A stretch of DNA of 64,000 nucleotides, from NCBI RefSeq assembly GCF_963921235.1, contig NC_086111.1, forward strand, positions 23,250,001 to 23,314,000. Direction: 5' to 3'. How positions within the stretch are numbered: the first letter of the stretch is position 1; the number at the start of each line of letters is the position of its first letter. Position numbers and translations under genes: made by a program. The notes under the pieces were generated by a model. The model ran no database searches. It was not told the DNA's origin and worked only from the letters and a program-made list of their open reading frames with translations. This DNA comes from Mobula hypostoma. Its lineage: Eukaryota. This document shows positions 12,096 through 25,859 of this stretch, piece after piece.

Positions 12096-14117
12096 AATGT
12101 CGCTTCCTTCACAGTCATGGGAACATGGAGATGATGTCACTTACATAAAATGAATATGTTTTAGACTTACTCTTACTTTTAAACCCTCTCTTCAGATGGG
12201 TGGGATGAAGTGAGGTCCATTTTGTGGATTTAATGCGTGCATGCCAGCAGATGAGTCCAATTTACTAAAAATATCAGCACTTGCAGAGGCAAGCTCCAAC
12301 ATCCCAACTTCCAGATGAACGTGAGTGCATTTGGCTGCATGTGTCCCACCACCGCAAGTTCAAGTTCAAATTTAATTGTCATTTGCCAAACCCATGGATA
12401 TAGCTAACCAAGACGTTGTTCCTCCATGGCAAGAGTGCAAAACAGAGCACATAGTCACAAAATAATATTACTACAAGTCCCTGAAGATTAATGCTGTGTA
12501 GGAGGTTGTCCTGGTGCTACGTTTCTGCAAGAACAAGTACACAGGAGTTCTTGTCTTGTGCTGGGTCAGCTGCAGATAGAGGCAATCCAGCTTTTCTTTC
12601 AGGGAGTGAACACTGAAGAGCAGCACGTACAGGAGAGCTGGCAAGAGAGGTAGATTAGAGATCGTCATCATTAGATGCTGTGTCGTATGACTTGGCCAAT
12701 CATGGTCTTTGACCATGATTGTTCTTGGCAAAGTTTTCTACAGAAGTGCTTTGCCATGGCCTTCTTAGATTAGAGGAATGGCACTCAGAAACTCAGGAAT
12801 GCACTAAAACTTAGGCAGCCATTGCAAGAGAAAATGATGAAGGTGCTCCTGACTTTGCACGCAATTTAGTTAAAATCTTTGTTGAAACCCCATGAATTAT
12901 TTAGCTTTGATTGTAAGTGAATGACAACTGATGATGTGCAACTGTTAAGTAAAATGAGTAACTTGACTTGTAATGAAATTGCTGACTTAAATGCTCTGTA
13001 ATAATACTTCCGAATTATTTCAAGAATGAAGTGTATTTTGAACTGATTTGAATATTTCAATTACCAATATTTTAAACAGAATCTGAATTCAACAAGGTTT
13101 TCATAGAATTTCCTGAAGCATGCCTTTGAAACTAAGGCAAAAAGAAACAAATTTGTTGTGTCCATTAGATGTCAGATAAGTACTCAAAAAATTATTCAGA
13201 GCATGTGATGCTTTCTTCCATTTATAAGGGATTTATTGATAAATCTTCTAGCTAATTTGTGTACTTAGGCATTATGGCTCACTATCAGGATGGGTGAAGC
13301 CATCTTTGCCTTTAGGAGGATCTGAGAAATATATCTGCACACTCAAGATTGTGTTTCAGTAAGAGGCAACAACATTGGATCTCAATATCACATGTCTTTG
13401 GGTCCTTATTTTTGATGCAACACATCACCACAGCGATCAAGGAAACAGTCTCAGTGCCTGCCTGTATGACTGCTGCTTTCACGGGAAGGAGAATGGTAAG
13501 AAAATAGAGCTGCAAGAGTATTCACACAAATTTAGTTCTCCAAATGCATCCGTACATCACTGAAAATGGCCTTGCGAGTTGCCTTCATTGGTCAAACCAT
13601 TGTGTGTAAGAGTCAAAAAGCCATATTGCAGCTACATTAACGTTTGGTTAGGCCTCATTTGGAATATTAGGTGCAATTCTGGTTGCCCCATTGCAGGACA
13701 GATGTAGAGTATTTGGAAAGGGTGCAGAAGATGTTTACCAGAATGCTGCCTGGATTGAAGGGTATGAGCTAGAAGGAGAGCTTGGACAAACAGGTTATTT
13801 ACTGTAGAGCATCAGCGGCGGAAGAGTCCGTCATCAGGGACCCCCACCACCCAGGTCACGCTCTCTTCTCGCTGCTGCCATCAGGGAGAAGGTACAGGAG
13901 CCTCAGGACTCGCACCACCTGGTTCAAGAACAGTTACTACACCACAACCATCAAGTTCTTGAACAAAAAGAGAACTACACTCAACTTCACTTGCCCCATC
14001 ATTGAAATGTTCCCACAACCAATGAACTCGTTTTCAAGGACTCTTCATCTCATATTCTTGTTATTTATTGCTGTTTTGTTATATTTACATTTCTACAGTT
14101 TGTTCTCTTCTGCACTC

Positions 14118-16357
14118 TAGAAACATAGAAACATTGGAAATAGGTGCAGGAGTAGGCCATTCGGCCCTTCGAGCCTGCACTGCCATTCAGTATGATCATG
14201 GCTGATCATCCAACTCAGAACCCTGCACCAGCCTTCCCTCCATATTCCCTGATCCCTTTAGCCACAAGGGCCATATCTAACTCCCTCGTAAATATAGCCA
14301 ATGATCTGGCCTCAACTGTTTCCTGTGGCAGAGAATTCCACACATTCACCACTCTCTGTGTGAAGAAGTTTTTCCTAATCTTGGTCCTAAAAGGCTTCCC
14401 CTTTATCCTCAAACTGTGATCCCTCGTTCTGGACTTCCCCAACATCAGGAACAATCTTCCTGCATCTAGCCTGTCCAATCCCTTTAGGATTTTATACGTT
14501 TCAATCAGATCCCCCCTCAATCTTCTAAATTCCCACGAGTATAAGCCTAGTTCATCCAGTCTTTCATCATATGAAAGTCCTGCCATCCCAGGAATCAATC
14601 TGGTGAACCTTCTTTGTACTCCCTCTATGGCAAGGATGTCTTTCCTCAGATTAGGGGACCAAAACTGCACACAATACTCTAGGTGTGGTCTCACCAAGGC
14701 CTTGTACAACTGCAGTAGTATCTCCCTGCTCCTGTACTCGAATCCTCTTGCTATAAATGCCAGCATACCATTCGCCTTTTTCACTGCCTGCTGTACCTGC
14801 ATGCCCGCTTTCAATGACTGGTGTATAATGACACCCAGGTCTCGTTGCACCTCCCCTTTTCCTAATCGGCAACCATTCAAATAATAATCTGTTTTCCTGT
14901 TTTTGCCACCAAAGTGGATAACCTCACATTTATTCACATTAAATTGCATCTGCCATGAATTTGCCCACTCGCCTAACCTGTCACCCTGCATCTTCTTAGC
15001 ATCCTCCTCACAGTTAACACTGCCGCCCAGCTTCGTGTCATCCGCAAACTTGGAGATGCTGCATTTAATTCCCTCATCTAAGCCATTAATATATATTGTA
15101 AACAACTGGGGTCCCAGCACTGAGCCTTGCGGTACCCCACTAGTCACTGCCTGCCATTCTGAAAAGGTCCCGTTTATTCCCACTCTTTGCTTCCTGTCTG
15201 CCAACCAATTCTCTATCCACATCAATACCATACCCCCAATACCGTGTGCTTTAAGTTTGCACACCAATCTCCTGTGTGGGACCTTGTCAAAAGCCTTCTG
15301 AATATCCAAGTATACCACATCCACTGATTCTCCCCTATCCACTCTACTAGTTACATCCTCAAAAAATTCTATGAGATTCGTCAGACATGATTTTCCTTTC
15401 ACAAATCCATGCTGACTTTGTCCGATGATTTCACCGCTTTCCAAATGTGCTGTTATCACATCTTTGATAACTGACTCTAGCAGTTTCCCCACCACCGATG
15501 TTAGGCTAACCGGTCTATAATTCCCTGGTTTCTCTCTCCCTTTTTTAAAAAGTGGGGTTACATTAGCCACCCTCCAATCCTCAGGAACTAGTCCAGAATC
15601 TAAAGAGTTTTGAAAAATTATCACTAATGCATCCACTATTTCTTGGGCTACTTCCTTGAGCACTCTGGGATGCAGACCATCTGGCCCTGGCGATTTATCT
15701 GCCTTTAATCCCTTCAATTTACCTAACACCACTTCCCTACTAACATGTTTTTCCCTCAGTTCCTCCATCTCACTGGACTCTTTGTCCCCTACTATTTCCG
15801 GAAGATTATTTATGTCCTCCTTAGTGAAGACAGAACCAAAGTAATTATTCAATTGGTCTGCCATGTCCTTGCTCCCCATAATCAATTCACCTGTTTCTGT
15901 CTGTAGGGGACCTACATTTGTCTTAACCAATCTTTTTCTTTTCACATATCTATAAAAGCTTTTACAGTCAGTTTTTATGTTCCCTGCCAGTTTTCTCTCA
16001 TAATCTTTTTTCCCCTTCCTAATTAAGCCCTTTGTCCTCCTCTGCTGAACTCTGAATCTCTCCCAGTCCTCAGGTGAGCCACTTTTTCTGGCTAATTTGT
16101 ATGCTTCTTCTTTGGAATTGATACTATCCCTAATTTCCCTTGTCAGCCACGGGTGCACTACCTTCCTTGATTTATTCTTTTGCCAAACTGGGATGAACAA
16201 TTGTTGTAGTTATCCATGCGATCTTTAAATGCTTGCCATTGCATATCCACCGTCAACCCTTTAAGTGTTATTTGCCAGTCTATCTTAGCTAATTCACGTC
16301 TCATACCTTCAAAGTTACCCTTCTTTAAGTTCAGAACCTTTGTTTCTGAATTAACTA
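14118..16357 (-). mobile_element. Young CR1 LINE, 5'-truncated, with a 661-codon open RT frame, inserted in a Rex-Babar 3' fragment
   Basis: ORF 14215-16200 contains KSPGPDG, NYRPVSL, QGSVLGP and KFADD; (TGTTTCTA)n tail at 14118. Confidence 0.93.
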
Positions 16358-16560
16358 GTTGATCTCTCAGTGATCCTGATATAGTTACTGCTATAGATTT
16401 GTCGAGTATGCCCTCAGGAAAATGAATCTCAGAGTTGTATATGGTGACAGAAATGTACTTTGATAATAAAACTGACTTTGAACTGTGAACTTCATATGCC
16501 AGAATGAAGCTCAAAGATGTTATACATTTTAAGCATACACACATGTTTGCATAAGGAATA

Positions 16561-18024
16561 CAGGTGTCCCCCGCTTTTCGAACGTCCGCTTTACGAAACC
16601 TCACTGTTACGAAAGACCTACATTAGTACCCTGTTTTCGCTTTCAGAAGGTGTTTTCACTATTATGGAAAAAAAAGCAGCGCGCGATAAAAGGCAGCACG
16701 CGCCCCGAGCAGCCGCTCTCCCCGGATTCGGAACGGCATTGCTTTAACAAGTGCCTGTGAGCAGCCGTTTGCAAGATGAGTTCTACGGTATCGGAAAAGC
16801 CTAAAAGAGCTTGTAAGGGTGTTACACTTACAGTAAAACTAGACATAATTGAGCGCTTCGATCGTGGTGAACGAAGTAAGGACAAACTGAGTTTGGCTTG
16901 TGGAAGCTGACAAACATGATGTTGAAGAGTTGTTGGCATCCCATGACCAAGAACTGACAGATGAAGAGCTGATGCAATTGGAAGAAAAAAGGATAACAAT
17001 CGAAACCGAATGAGTAATGATAAAGTATGATTTTAATTTTGAAAGGGTACGTCGGTTTAGGGGATATTTGCAGGATGGTTTGAGTCCTTACAAAGAACTG
17101 TGTGATAGAAAAATGCGCAAGGCTCAGCAGTCAAGCAAGCCTCCCACATCAGCCACAGCAGACGACGAACCTCGACCTTCGACATCAAGGCAAGCAGTCA
17201 TAGGAGAAGATGACCTGCCTGCCCTAATGGAAACAGACGATGACGAGATGACACCCCAGTGTCCCACCACCCCAACCCCCAGGCCATGGACAGATACCGA
17301 TTCGCGGAGAATGCAATGGTAGCCGGGAGGCACACAGCACATCTTTAAGAAAAAAACCAAAATAAACATGCTAATTAATTAGGTGCCACTGACATGTAAT
17401 TAATCAGCATGTTTGTTTCGGCTTTTTTCTTAAAGATGTGCTGTGTGCCTCCTGGCTACCGTTGCACCCCTGCGTTCTTCGCGGCAATGTATCGCTCGGC
17501 GGCCTGGAGGGTGGGGGCCACTGCACCACCCAACCTGCGACGACTCAGTCTAACACACCATCATCAGTGTGCTCGGCGCTGTCTTCCCGATTCCGGTAAG
17601 TGATACTACACTGTACATACATTATTTCTACTTTGTATAGGCTGTGTATTTTTACGTGTTATTTGGTATGATTTGGCAGCTTCATAGCTTAAAGGTTACT
17701 GGAGAGCGCTTGCGCCGTGTTTTTGCCAAGAGCGCTAGCGTGAGATTTTCGCTATGGAGAACAGTTCAGTAATGATTATGGAAAAGTATTTCTACTTTAT
17801 GTAGGCTGTGTATTTATCATATCATTCCTGCTTTTGCTATATGTTGCTGTTATTTTAGGTTTTATGTGTTATTTAGCATGATTTGGTAGGTTATTTTTGG
17901 GTCTGCGAACGCTCACAAAATTTTCCCATATAAATAAATGGTAATTGCTTCTTCGCTTTACAACATTCCAGCTTACAAACCACTTCATAGGAGCGCTGTA
18001 CCTTCGGATGGCAGGGGAAACCTG
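16561..18024 (+). mobile_element. Internally deleted Tigger/pogo transposon
   Basis: TA-flanked imperfect TIRs CAGGTGTCCCCCGC and CAGGTTTCCCCTGC. Remnants of the N-terminal HTH (MSSTVSEKPKRACKGVTLTVKLDIIERFDRGE) are fused to the C-terminal DVEELLASHDQELTDEELMQLEE. Confidence 0.85.
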
Positions 18025-19399
18025 TATAACAAAATCCAGGTTTAGGTTTAGCACTTTAGCATATTTATCTGAGTGGAAGAATATCTCGTTCCATGACTCT
18101 ACAAAATGTTGAAATATGGCTTCTAAATCTGCATTGTGGATCAATGGCAGCAGATGGCAGCAGCAGAATGAGTTACTGCTTGGAACTGCTATCCAAATGT
18201 TTTACTTTGATGCTTGAAAGAGCATTAGGTCACCTGTAAAACAAAGTGCAAGTATTTAATATAAGTACAGGAACACTGCACTGAGAACAATAGCTTCCAT
18301 TATGCTATACATCATAAACTGCAGTTAATCATAAACCCGAGAAATTCTGTTAGAAATCCAAAGCAACACACAAAATGCTGGAGGAACTCAGTAGATCAGG
18401 CAGCATCTATAGACATGAATAAACAGTTGATGTTTTGGGCCAAGACCCTTTTTCAGGACTGGGAAGGAAGAGAGAAGATGCCACTGCAGTTAATGTGTTA
18501 CAGGTTTGAGTCTCTTCTCCAGATATTTGACCTTAAATTCTATTTAGCAGTGCAGCACAAAGGTGCTATCCTTACATAGGATATAAAACTAGCCTCTATT
18601 TTTCCACAAGATTAATATAAATAATCATGAACTATGGTACCTTCTTTGATGCCTTTGAACTAGTATTTAAACTTAAATAAACATTACTTAAGAGCAGGTT
18701 TCCCAAACAATCATAACTCTTTCAGCATTTCCCAGTTGACAATTAACTTTTGTTTGAAGTGGAATCAACAATGGCAATTTCTAAGCCATTATATGTTTCT
18801 CTTAAAATTTGAAAGTCACTTTCACATGTGTGTCAGCTTCACCACTTTGACTAGATTTGGAAACAGGCCCTGTCCAAGCTTCAACTTTCCTATTCTCCAG
18901 TCTGATCCTCTTGACCATTTTGCTCTTTGCCCTCAACCATTTCTCAATCTCCTTCCTTACTGGATTATTTCCCAAAGATACAGTACAACCCTCTGCTCCC
19001 CTCCCAATCTTTGGTTGTGATCATGAGCTTCTCTTCCAGATTCTAGACTATGGATCTGGACTATGAATCTTTGGTCAATCATTGGACAAGGCCCTTTTTT
19101 TTCCTGCACTTACTCAGTCACAACACTGGCATGATCCTATTTCCCACGTTGCCCCACCAACTATAGCACAGGTCCCAATTGGCTGACAGCTATCAGATCT
19201 CTAGCACCTACACTGGCCACACCACAACCCTAAAATTGCCTCACTCCTGGGCACACACATCAAAGTTGCTGGTGAACGCAGCAGGCCAGGCAGCATCTCT
19301 AGGAAGAGGTACAGTCGACGTTTCGGGTCGAGACCCTTCGGCAGCACTCCTGTACAACACATTTTCACTCCATCAAGGTGAAGGGAAAGTCTTGAGCCT

Positions 19400-20015
19400 T
19401 TGACGAAGGTGAAGTTCCTGGGATCAACATCTCGGAGGATCTATCCTGGGTGTACTAGGTTGATGCAATCATGAAGAAGGCATACCAGTGACTATACTTC
19501 ATATGGAGTTTGAGGAGATTTGCTGTGTCACCAAAGACTCTAGGAAATATTTACAGATGCATGGTGGAGAGCATTCTGACTGGTGCATCATAGACTGGTA
19601 TGAAGGCTCCAATGCACAAGATCGAAAAAAGCTGCAGAGGGTTGGAGATTCAACCAGCTCCGTCACGGTCACAAGCCTCCCCATCATCAAGTACAGTTTC
19701 AAAGGGCAATGCCTCAGGAAGGGAGCGTCCGTCATTAAGATCCATCATCTCATTATTGCCATCAAGGAAGAGGAACAGGAGCCTGAAGATGCACACTCAT
19801 CGTTTTAGGAGCAGCTTTTACCCTTCGGAATTCAGATTTCTGAATGGTCCATGAACTCACGAACATTGCCTCACCGTTCCTCATTTGCATCACTTACTTA
19901 TTTTTTATAGTAACTTACTATTTTTAATTAATATAAGGTCTTGCACTGTAATGCTGCCACAAAACAACAAAATTCAAGATATATATCAGTGATAATAAAC
20001 CCGATTCTGATTTTG
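19400..20015 (+). mobile_element. Rex-Babar LINE 3' fragment, preceded by a short PLE terminus (19253-19348, minus)
   Basis: WYEGSNAQDRKKLQRV; 3' end GATAATAAACCCGATTCTGATT. Confidence 0.7.
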
Positions 20016-20532
20016 ATTGCAAGAGTTTAGAGTACTGCACTAGAGTGTCCATCTGATACATCTACTTGAGTGCAGTAGAATATCAAAGTATTCTCACTGC
20101 TCTTCAAGAAAGTTTTTTTTATGACAACTGGGCATATGCAATCAATAATGGATTTTCCGAGAATGCACATATCTTGAAAATGAAATCAAAGTGTCTTTGT
20201 CATTAGTTTCCACATCGTTTCAGCGCGTTCTCTTCGTCCATCTGTCTGTTCTCTTGAATGTTGGATAGTTTCTGACTTATGCCCTAACTCTAATAGGTGA
20301 AGTGGTTCAAATTAAGCAGGTCGTGGTCAGTGATCTGGCCATTCACAAGTTATAAGGATTATAGAGCCATACAGTCATTGGGTAAGATACTTGAACAGGC
20401 AGGGAATGGAGGAATGGTGCTACGTGTAGGCAAATGGGATTACTTAGAATGGTGTCATGGATGGTGAAGACAAGGCAGACTGAAGAGCCTGGTGCTGTGC
20501 TGTACTCCCTCTGTCCCACAGGTCATATAGAC

Positions 20533-21266
20533 CAGGGGTCCCCAACCTTTTTTGCACTGTGGACCAGTTTAATATTGATAATATTCTTGTGGACCGGCCA
20601 ACCGGGAGGTGGGGGGTGTTCAAGTAGGGTTAAACTCACCTCAACATGTCTTTTACAGTTAGGCTTGCCAACTTTCTCACTCCCAAATAAGGGGCAAAAG
20701 TAGCAGTCAAATCCCAGCACACTTTACCCCAGGAAAGACTACCATGACCATGAAGCCTTGCATGGGCACCTGTGTGCGCATGTGATATGCGCATGCACGT
20801 AGGTGCCGACTTTTTTCCCACAAATCGGTTTTGCCTTCATCTTCCCAACTGTACTGTACATGCATTATTTCTACTTTATATAGGCTGTGTATTTATCATA
20901 TCATTCCTGCTTTTACTATATGTTAGTGTTATTTATTTTCAGTTTTAGGTGTTATTTTGTATGATTTGTTAGGTTATTTTTTGGGTCTGGGAATGCTCAA
21001 AACTTTTTCCCATATAAATTAATGGTAATTGCTTCTTCGCTTCATGCCATTTCGGAACGAAAGGTTTCATAGGAACTCTCTACCTTAGTGGGACAAACCA
21101 ATTTAGCCCAACATACGGGATGTCCCGGCAAATACGGGACAGTTGGCAACCCTATGTTCAAGTTCAACAGTGTGTGACAGGGAATGAGGAAAGGTGCAGC
21201 TGACTCATATCGTTTCCTCGCGGCCCGGTAGCACTTGCTCTGCGGCCCGGTGGTTGGGGACCGCTG
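20533..21266. mobile_element. Composite hAT-type MITE
   Basis: Outer TIR CAGGGGTCCCCAACC / GGTTGGGGACCGCTG. Inner element 20625-21154 (TAGGGTT...AACCCTA) has an 8-bp TSD, TGTTCAAG. Confidence 0.8.
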
Positions 21267-21809
21267 ATTTACTGACCCATCAGATCACTACAGATCATCC
21301 AGCACCTACTTGAACTAATTCTGTTTTATTTTCCCACGTTCCTATCAACTCCTTGCAGATTCTACCACTTACCTACATATTAGGGGCAATTTACAGTGGG
21401 CAACCCACACATCTTTAGAATGTTGGAGGGAGCTTCAGCACACAGTGGAATTCCACAGTGTCATGGAGAATGGGTTAACTCCTCACTGACAGCACTGGAG
21501 ATCAGGATTGAATCCAAGTTGCTTTAGCTGTGAGACAGCTGCTGGGCACTGTGCCAGTGTGCCATTAATGATATTAACTGTGTGTGTTAAAACTGCAGTT
21601 GTGAATCTGGAAACATTGCGAAAGCTTGAAATAAAGGTGTGAGGTGATTGAAAACCTAAGTATTTCTACTATTTTTTCTTGTTTTTATTCCACATAATTA
21701 AAAATTAGGATAAATAGCTAAATGGAGAGTATGACTTTGTATATGACTTCATATAGAGTTGCAAAACCTTTGGTAATTGATGTATCATTGTCACATGTAC
21801 TGAGATACA

Positions 21810-23105
21810 TCTGAAATCCTGTCTGCCCACTACCCTGGACCCCCATCAATTTGCCCATCGCACCAACAGGTCAACAGAGGACTCCATCTCCACGGCACTT
21901 CACTCTGCCCTGACCCACCTGGACAGCCCCAACTCTTACGTCAGAATGCTGTTCATTAACTTTAGTTCGGCATTCAATACTGTGATCCCCTCCAAGCTGA
22001 TCGCCAAACTTCACCAGCTTGGTATCAGCTCATCCCTCTGCAATTGGACCTTGGTCTTTCTGACTAACAGACCCCAATCAGTTAAGTTAGACAACCTCTC
22101 CTCCTCCACTGTCACCCTGAACACCGGCGTGCCTCAAGGCTGTGTGCTGAGCCCTCTCCTGTACTCCCTTTTCACCTATGACTGTGTTCCTGTACATGGT
22201 TCTAACTCCATAATCAAGTTCACAGATGACACCACGGTGGTTGCCTTGATCAGAGGGGATGATGAGATGGCCTACTGGGACGAGGTCCAGCACCTGGCCA
22301 CATGGTGAGCTGACAGCAACCTGGCCCTTAACACCCAGAAGACCAAGGAGATCATTGTGGACTTCAGGCATGCTAGGAGCCACACTCATGTCCCCATTTA
22401 CATCAACGGAGCTGTAGTGGAGCATGTATCAAGCTTCAAATTCCTTGGTGTCCACATTTCTGAGGATCTCACCTGGTCCCTGAACTCCTCCATCCTGATC
22501 AAAAAGGCACAACAGCACCTTTATTTCCTGTGGAGCATAAAGAAAGCTCATCTCTGTCCCAGGATACTGACGGACTTTTACCGCTGTACCATTGAGAGCA
22601 TACTCACCAGCTGCATCTCAGTGTGGTATGGCAATTGTCCCATATCGGACCGCAAAGCACTCCAGCGTGTGGTGAAAACTGCCCAGCGGATTATCGGCAC
22701 CCAATTGCCCACCATCGAGAACATGTACCATAAACGCTGCCTGGGCAGGGTGAAAAGCATTATCAAGGATGCATCTCACCCTAACCATGGACTTTTTACT
22801 CTCCTCTCATCCAATAGGCATTACAGGAGCCTCTGTTCCTGCACCAGCAGGCACAGGAAGAGCTTCTTCCCTGAGGCTGTGACACTGCTGAACCTCACAT
22901 CACAGCGCTAAGCAGTATTGCTCCCATATTGTACTGTCTTAGTACTTCTATATTTGTGTGCTATAGCACTTACTTTTTATTTGCAGTTATTTTGTAAATA
23001 ACACTGTTCTTTGCATTTCTGGTTAGATGCTAACTGCATTTCATCGGCTTTGTATCTGCACTCGGCACAATGGCAATAAAGTTGAATCTAATCTAATCTA
23101 ATCTA
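21810..23105 (+). mobile_element. Rex-Babar LINE, 5'-truncated
   Basis: RT motifs PQGCVLSP and KFTDD; AATAAA followed by an (AATCT)n tail; short ATACA duplication at the flanks. Confidence 0.88.
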
Positions 23106-23162
23106 ATACAGTGAAATGCCTTTTTTACATGGCATCCAGACAGATCATCTCAACTATAAGCA

Positions 23163-25203
23163 ATGTCACCTAATAAAAATAATATAGGGTTATGTGGAAG
23201 TTGAGTTCCGGTAATTTGTTCCAATAAAACTCTTAAATTTATCCAAAAAGGTTGAATTTTGGAATAGGACAAAGTAGAATGTAAAAAAGTACCAATTTCT
23301 TGATTACACCGAAAACATTGATCAGATAAGTTTGAATTTAATCCATTTATTTTTTGCGGTGTAATATATAATTGGTGTAAAAAATTATATTGTACTAATC
23401 TGAGTCGAACATTTATTGTATTTGTCATACTGTCAAGACATAGTCTATATAGAACATAGAACATAGAATAGTACAGCACAGTACAGGCCCTTCGGCCCAC
23501 GATGTTGTGCCGATCCTCAAGCCCTGCCTGCCATATAATCCCCCACCTTAAATTCCTCCATATACCTGTCCAGTAGTCTCTTAAACTTCACTAGTGTATC
23601 TGCCTCCACCACTGACTCAGGCAGTGCATTCCAGGCACCAACCACTCTCTGAGTAAAAAACCTTCCTCTAATTTCCCCCTTGAACTTCCCACCCCTTACC
23701 TTAAAGCCATGTCCTCTTGTATTGAGCAGTGGTGCCCTGGGAAGAGGCGCTGGCTATCCACTCTATCTATTCCTCTTAATATCTTGTACACCTCTATCAT
23801 GTCTCCTCTCATCCTCCTTCTCTCCAAAGAGTAAAGCCCTAGCTCCCTTAATTTTTGATCATAATGCAAACTCTCTAAACCAGGCAGCATCCTGGTAAAT
23901 CTCCTCTGTACCCTTTCCAATGCTTCCACATCCTTCCTATAGTGAGGTGACCAGAACTGGACACAGTACTCCAATTGTGGCCTAACCAGAGTTTTATAGA
24001 GCTGCATCATTACATCACGATTCTAAAAACTCTATCCCTCTACTTATGAAAACTAACATCCCATAAGCTTTCTTAACTACCCTATCCACCTGTGAGGCAA
24101 CTTTCAGGGATCTGTGGACATGTACTCCCAGATCCCTCTGCTCCTCCACACTACCAAGTATCCTGCCATTTACTTTGTACTCTACCTTGGGAGTTTGTCC
24201 TTCCAAAGTGTACCACCTCACACTTCTCCGGGTTGAACTCCATCTGCCACTTCTCAGCCCACTTCTGCATCCTATCAATGTCTCTCTGCGATCTTTGACA
24301 ATCCTCTACACTACCTACAACACCACCAACCTTTGTGTCGTCTGCAAACTTGCCAACCCACCCTTCTACCCCCACATCCAGGCTGTTAATAAAAATCACG
24401 AAAAGTAGAGGTCCCAGAACAGATCCTCCCAGAACAGATCCTTGTGGGACACCACTAGTCACAATCCTCCAGTGTGAATGTACTCCCTCTGCCTTCTGCA
24501 GGCAAGCCAATTCTGAATCCACCTGGCCAAACTTCCCTGGATCCCATGCCTTCTGACTTTCTGAATAAGCCTACCGTGTGGAACCTTGTCAAATGCCTTA
24601 CTAAAATCCATATAGATCACATCCACTGCACTACCCTCATCTATATGCCTGGTCACCTCCTCAAAGAACTCTATCAGGCTTGTTAGACATGATCTGCCCT
24701 TCACAAAGCCATATTATTTTTATTAGGTGACATTAAAGGGATAAAAACGAAATTGAATAAATACCAGAAAGAATTTATAAAAATTGCATTGGCAGTAGCC
24801 AAGAAGGCTATAGCAATTACTTGGAAATCGGATTCGTATTTAAGTATGGATCGTTGGAATAATGAAATTTTTAGCTGTGTTCCACTTGAAAAAATTACTT
24901 ATAATTTAAGAGATAAATATGATACATTTTTGAATATTTGGCGCCCTTATTTACAAAAGATAGGTTGGCATATCTAGGTGCTCCGATGATAAAGATGTTG
25001 GTCCTTTGGGGAAAGTAACAAATAAATATATTAAATTTATTTCAAATTCCATGGAGCATGTGGAGACCTTCCAATATCCAAGCAGTCTTTCTTTCTTTCT
25101 TTTTTTTTCTTTTTCTTTTCTTTCTTTTAGGTAGGGGGGGAGGGTAGATATTACTATTCCATGTAATCAAGTTTGAAAACTCAATAAAAATTATATTAAA
25201 AGA
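23163..25203 (+). mobile_element. L1-clade LINE 3' end with 5' inversion (23163-23448 inverted, 24711-25203 forward) and 11-bp TSD
   Basis: Zn-knuckle CFRC...GTFLH on minus; AKKAIAITWKS...W.PY on plus; A-rich tail. AACTATAAGCA occurs at 23152-23162 and 25204-25214. Confidence 0.85.
23449..24712 (-). mobile_element. CR1 LINE 3' fragment
   Basis: KFADD and LEYCVQFWSP fragments; (TGTTCTA)n tail. Confidence 0.9.
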
Positions 25204-25859
25204 AACTATAAGCACATTATTAGTACAAATAGGAAAGCAGAATGCAGAATATATTTACATTACAAATAAATTGCAGTGCAGGTAGATAAATATGGTGCCA
25301 CAGCCATGCCGAGGTAGATTGAAAGACCAAGAGTTTATCTTTATCCTGCAAGAGTTCCATTCAAGAGTGGGACAAGTGTTGTTCTTGAGCCTGATAGTGC
25401 GTGGGTTCAAGTTTTTGAATTTTTTTTTGGCTGATGGAAGAGAAGAGCCAATGACCAGGGAGGGAAGGATCTTTGATTACGCTGGCTGTATTCCAGACCT
25501 CGCAGGGAGCGTAGGCAGAATCAGTGGAGGGGAGAGTGGTGTTACAACTCACTGAACTTCCTTGTAGTTTTGGGCAGAGCACTTACCATAAAGTGTAAAA
25601 ACTAGTGAGAGTTACTAGGGACATGCTGAAGATCTTTTTAAGCCTATGAGGAAATAGAAGCACTGGTGTACTCTCTTGGCCGTAGTCTTGGACCAGGGCA
25701 AGCTGTTGGTGGTACATACACTACAGAACATGAAGCCCTCAACCAATTCTGCCTCATTACCATTAATATGTACGGGAGAGGAGAGAAAAAAAGTTGAAGT
25801 GAAAATTTCAGCTAACAGATGTGTGTGAGTTTTTACAAGAAGGAGAGGGAAGGTATTCA

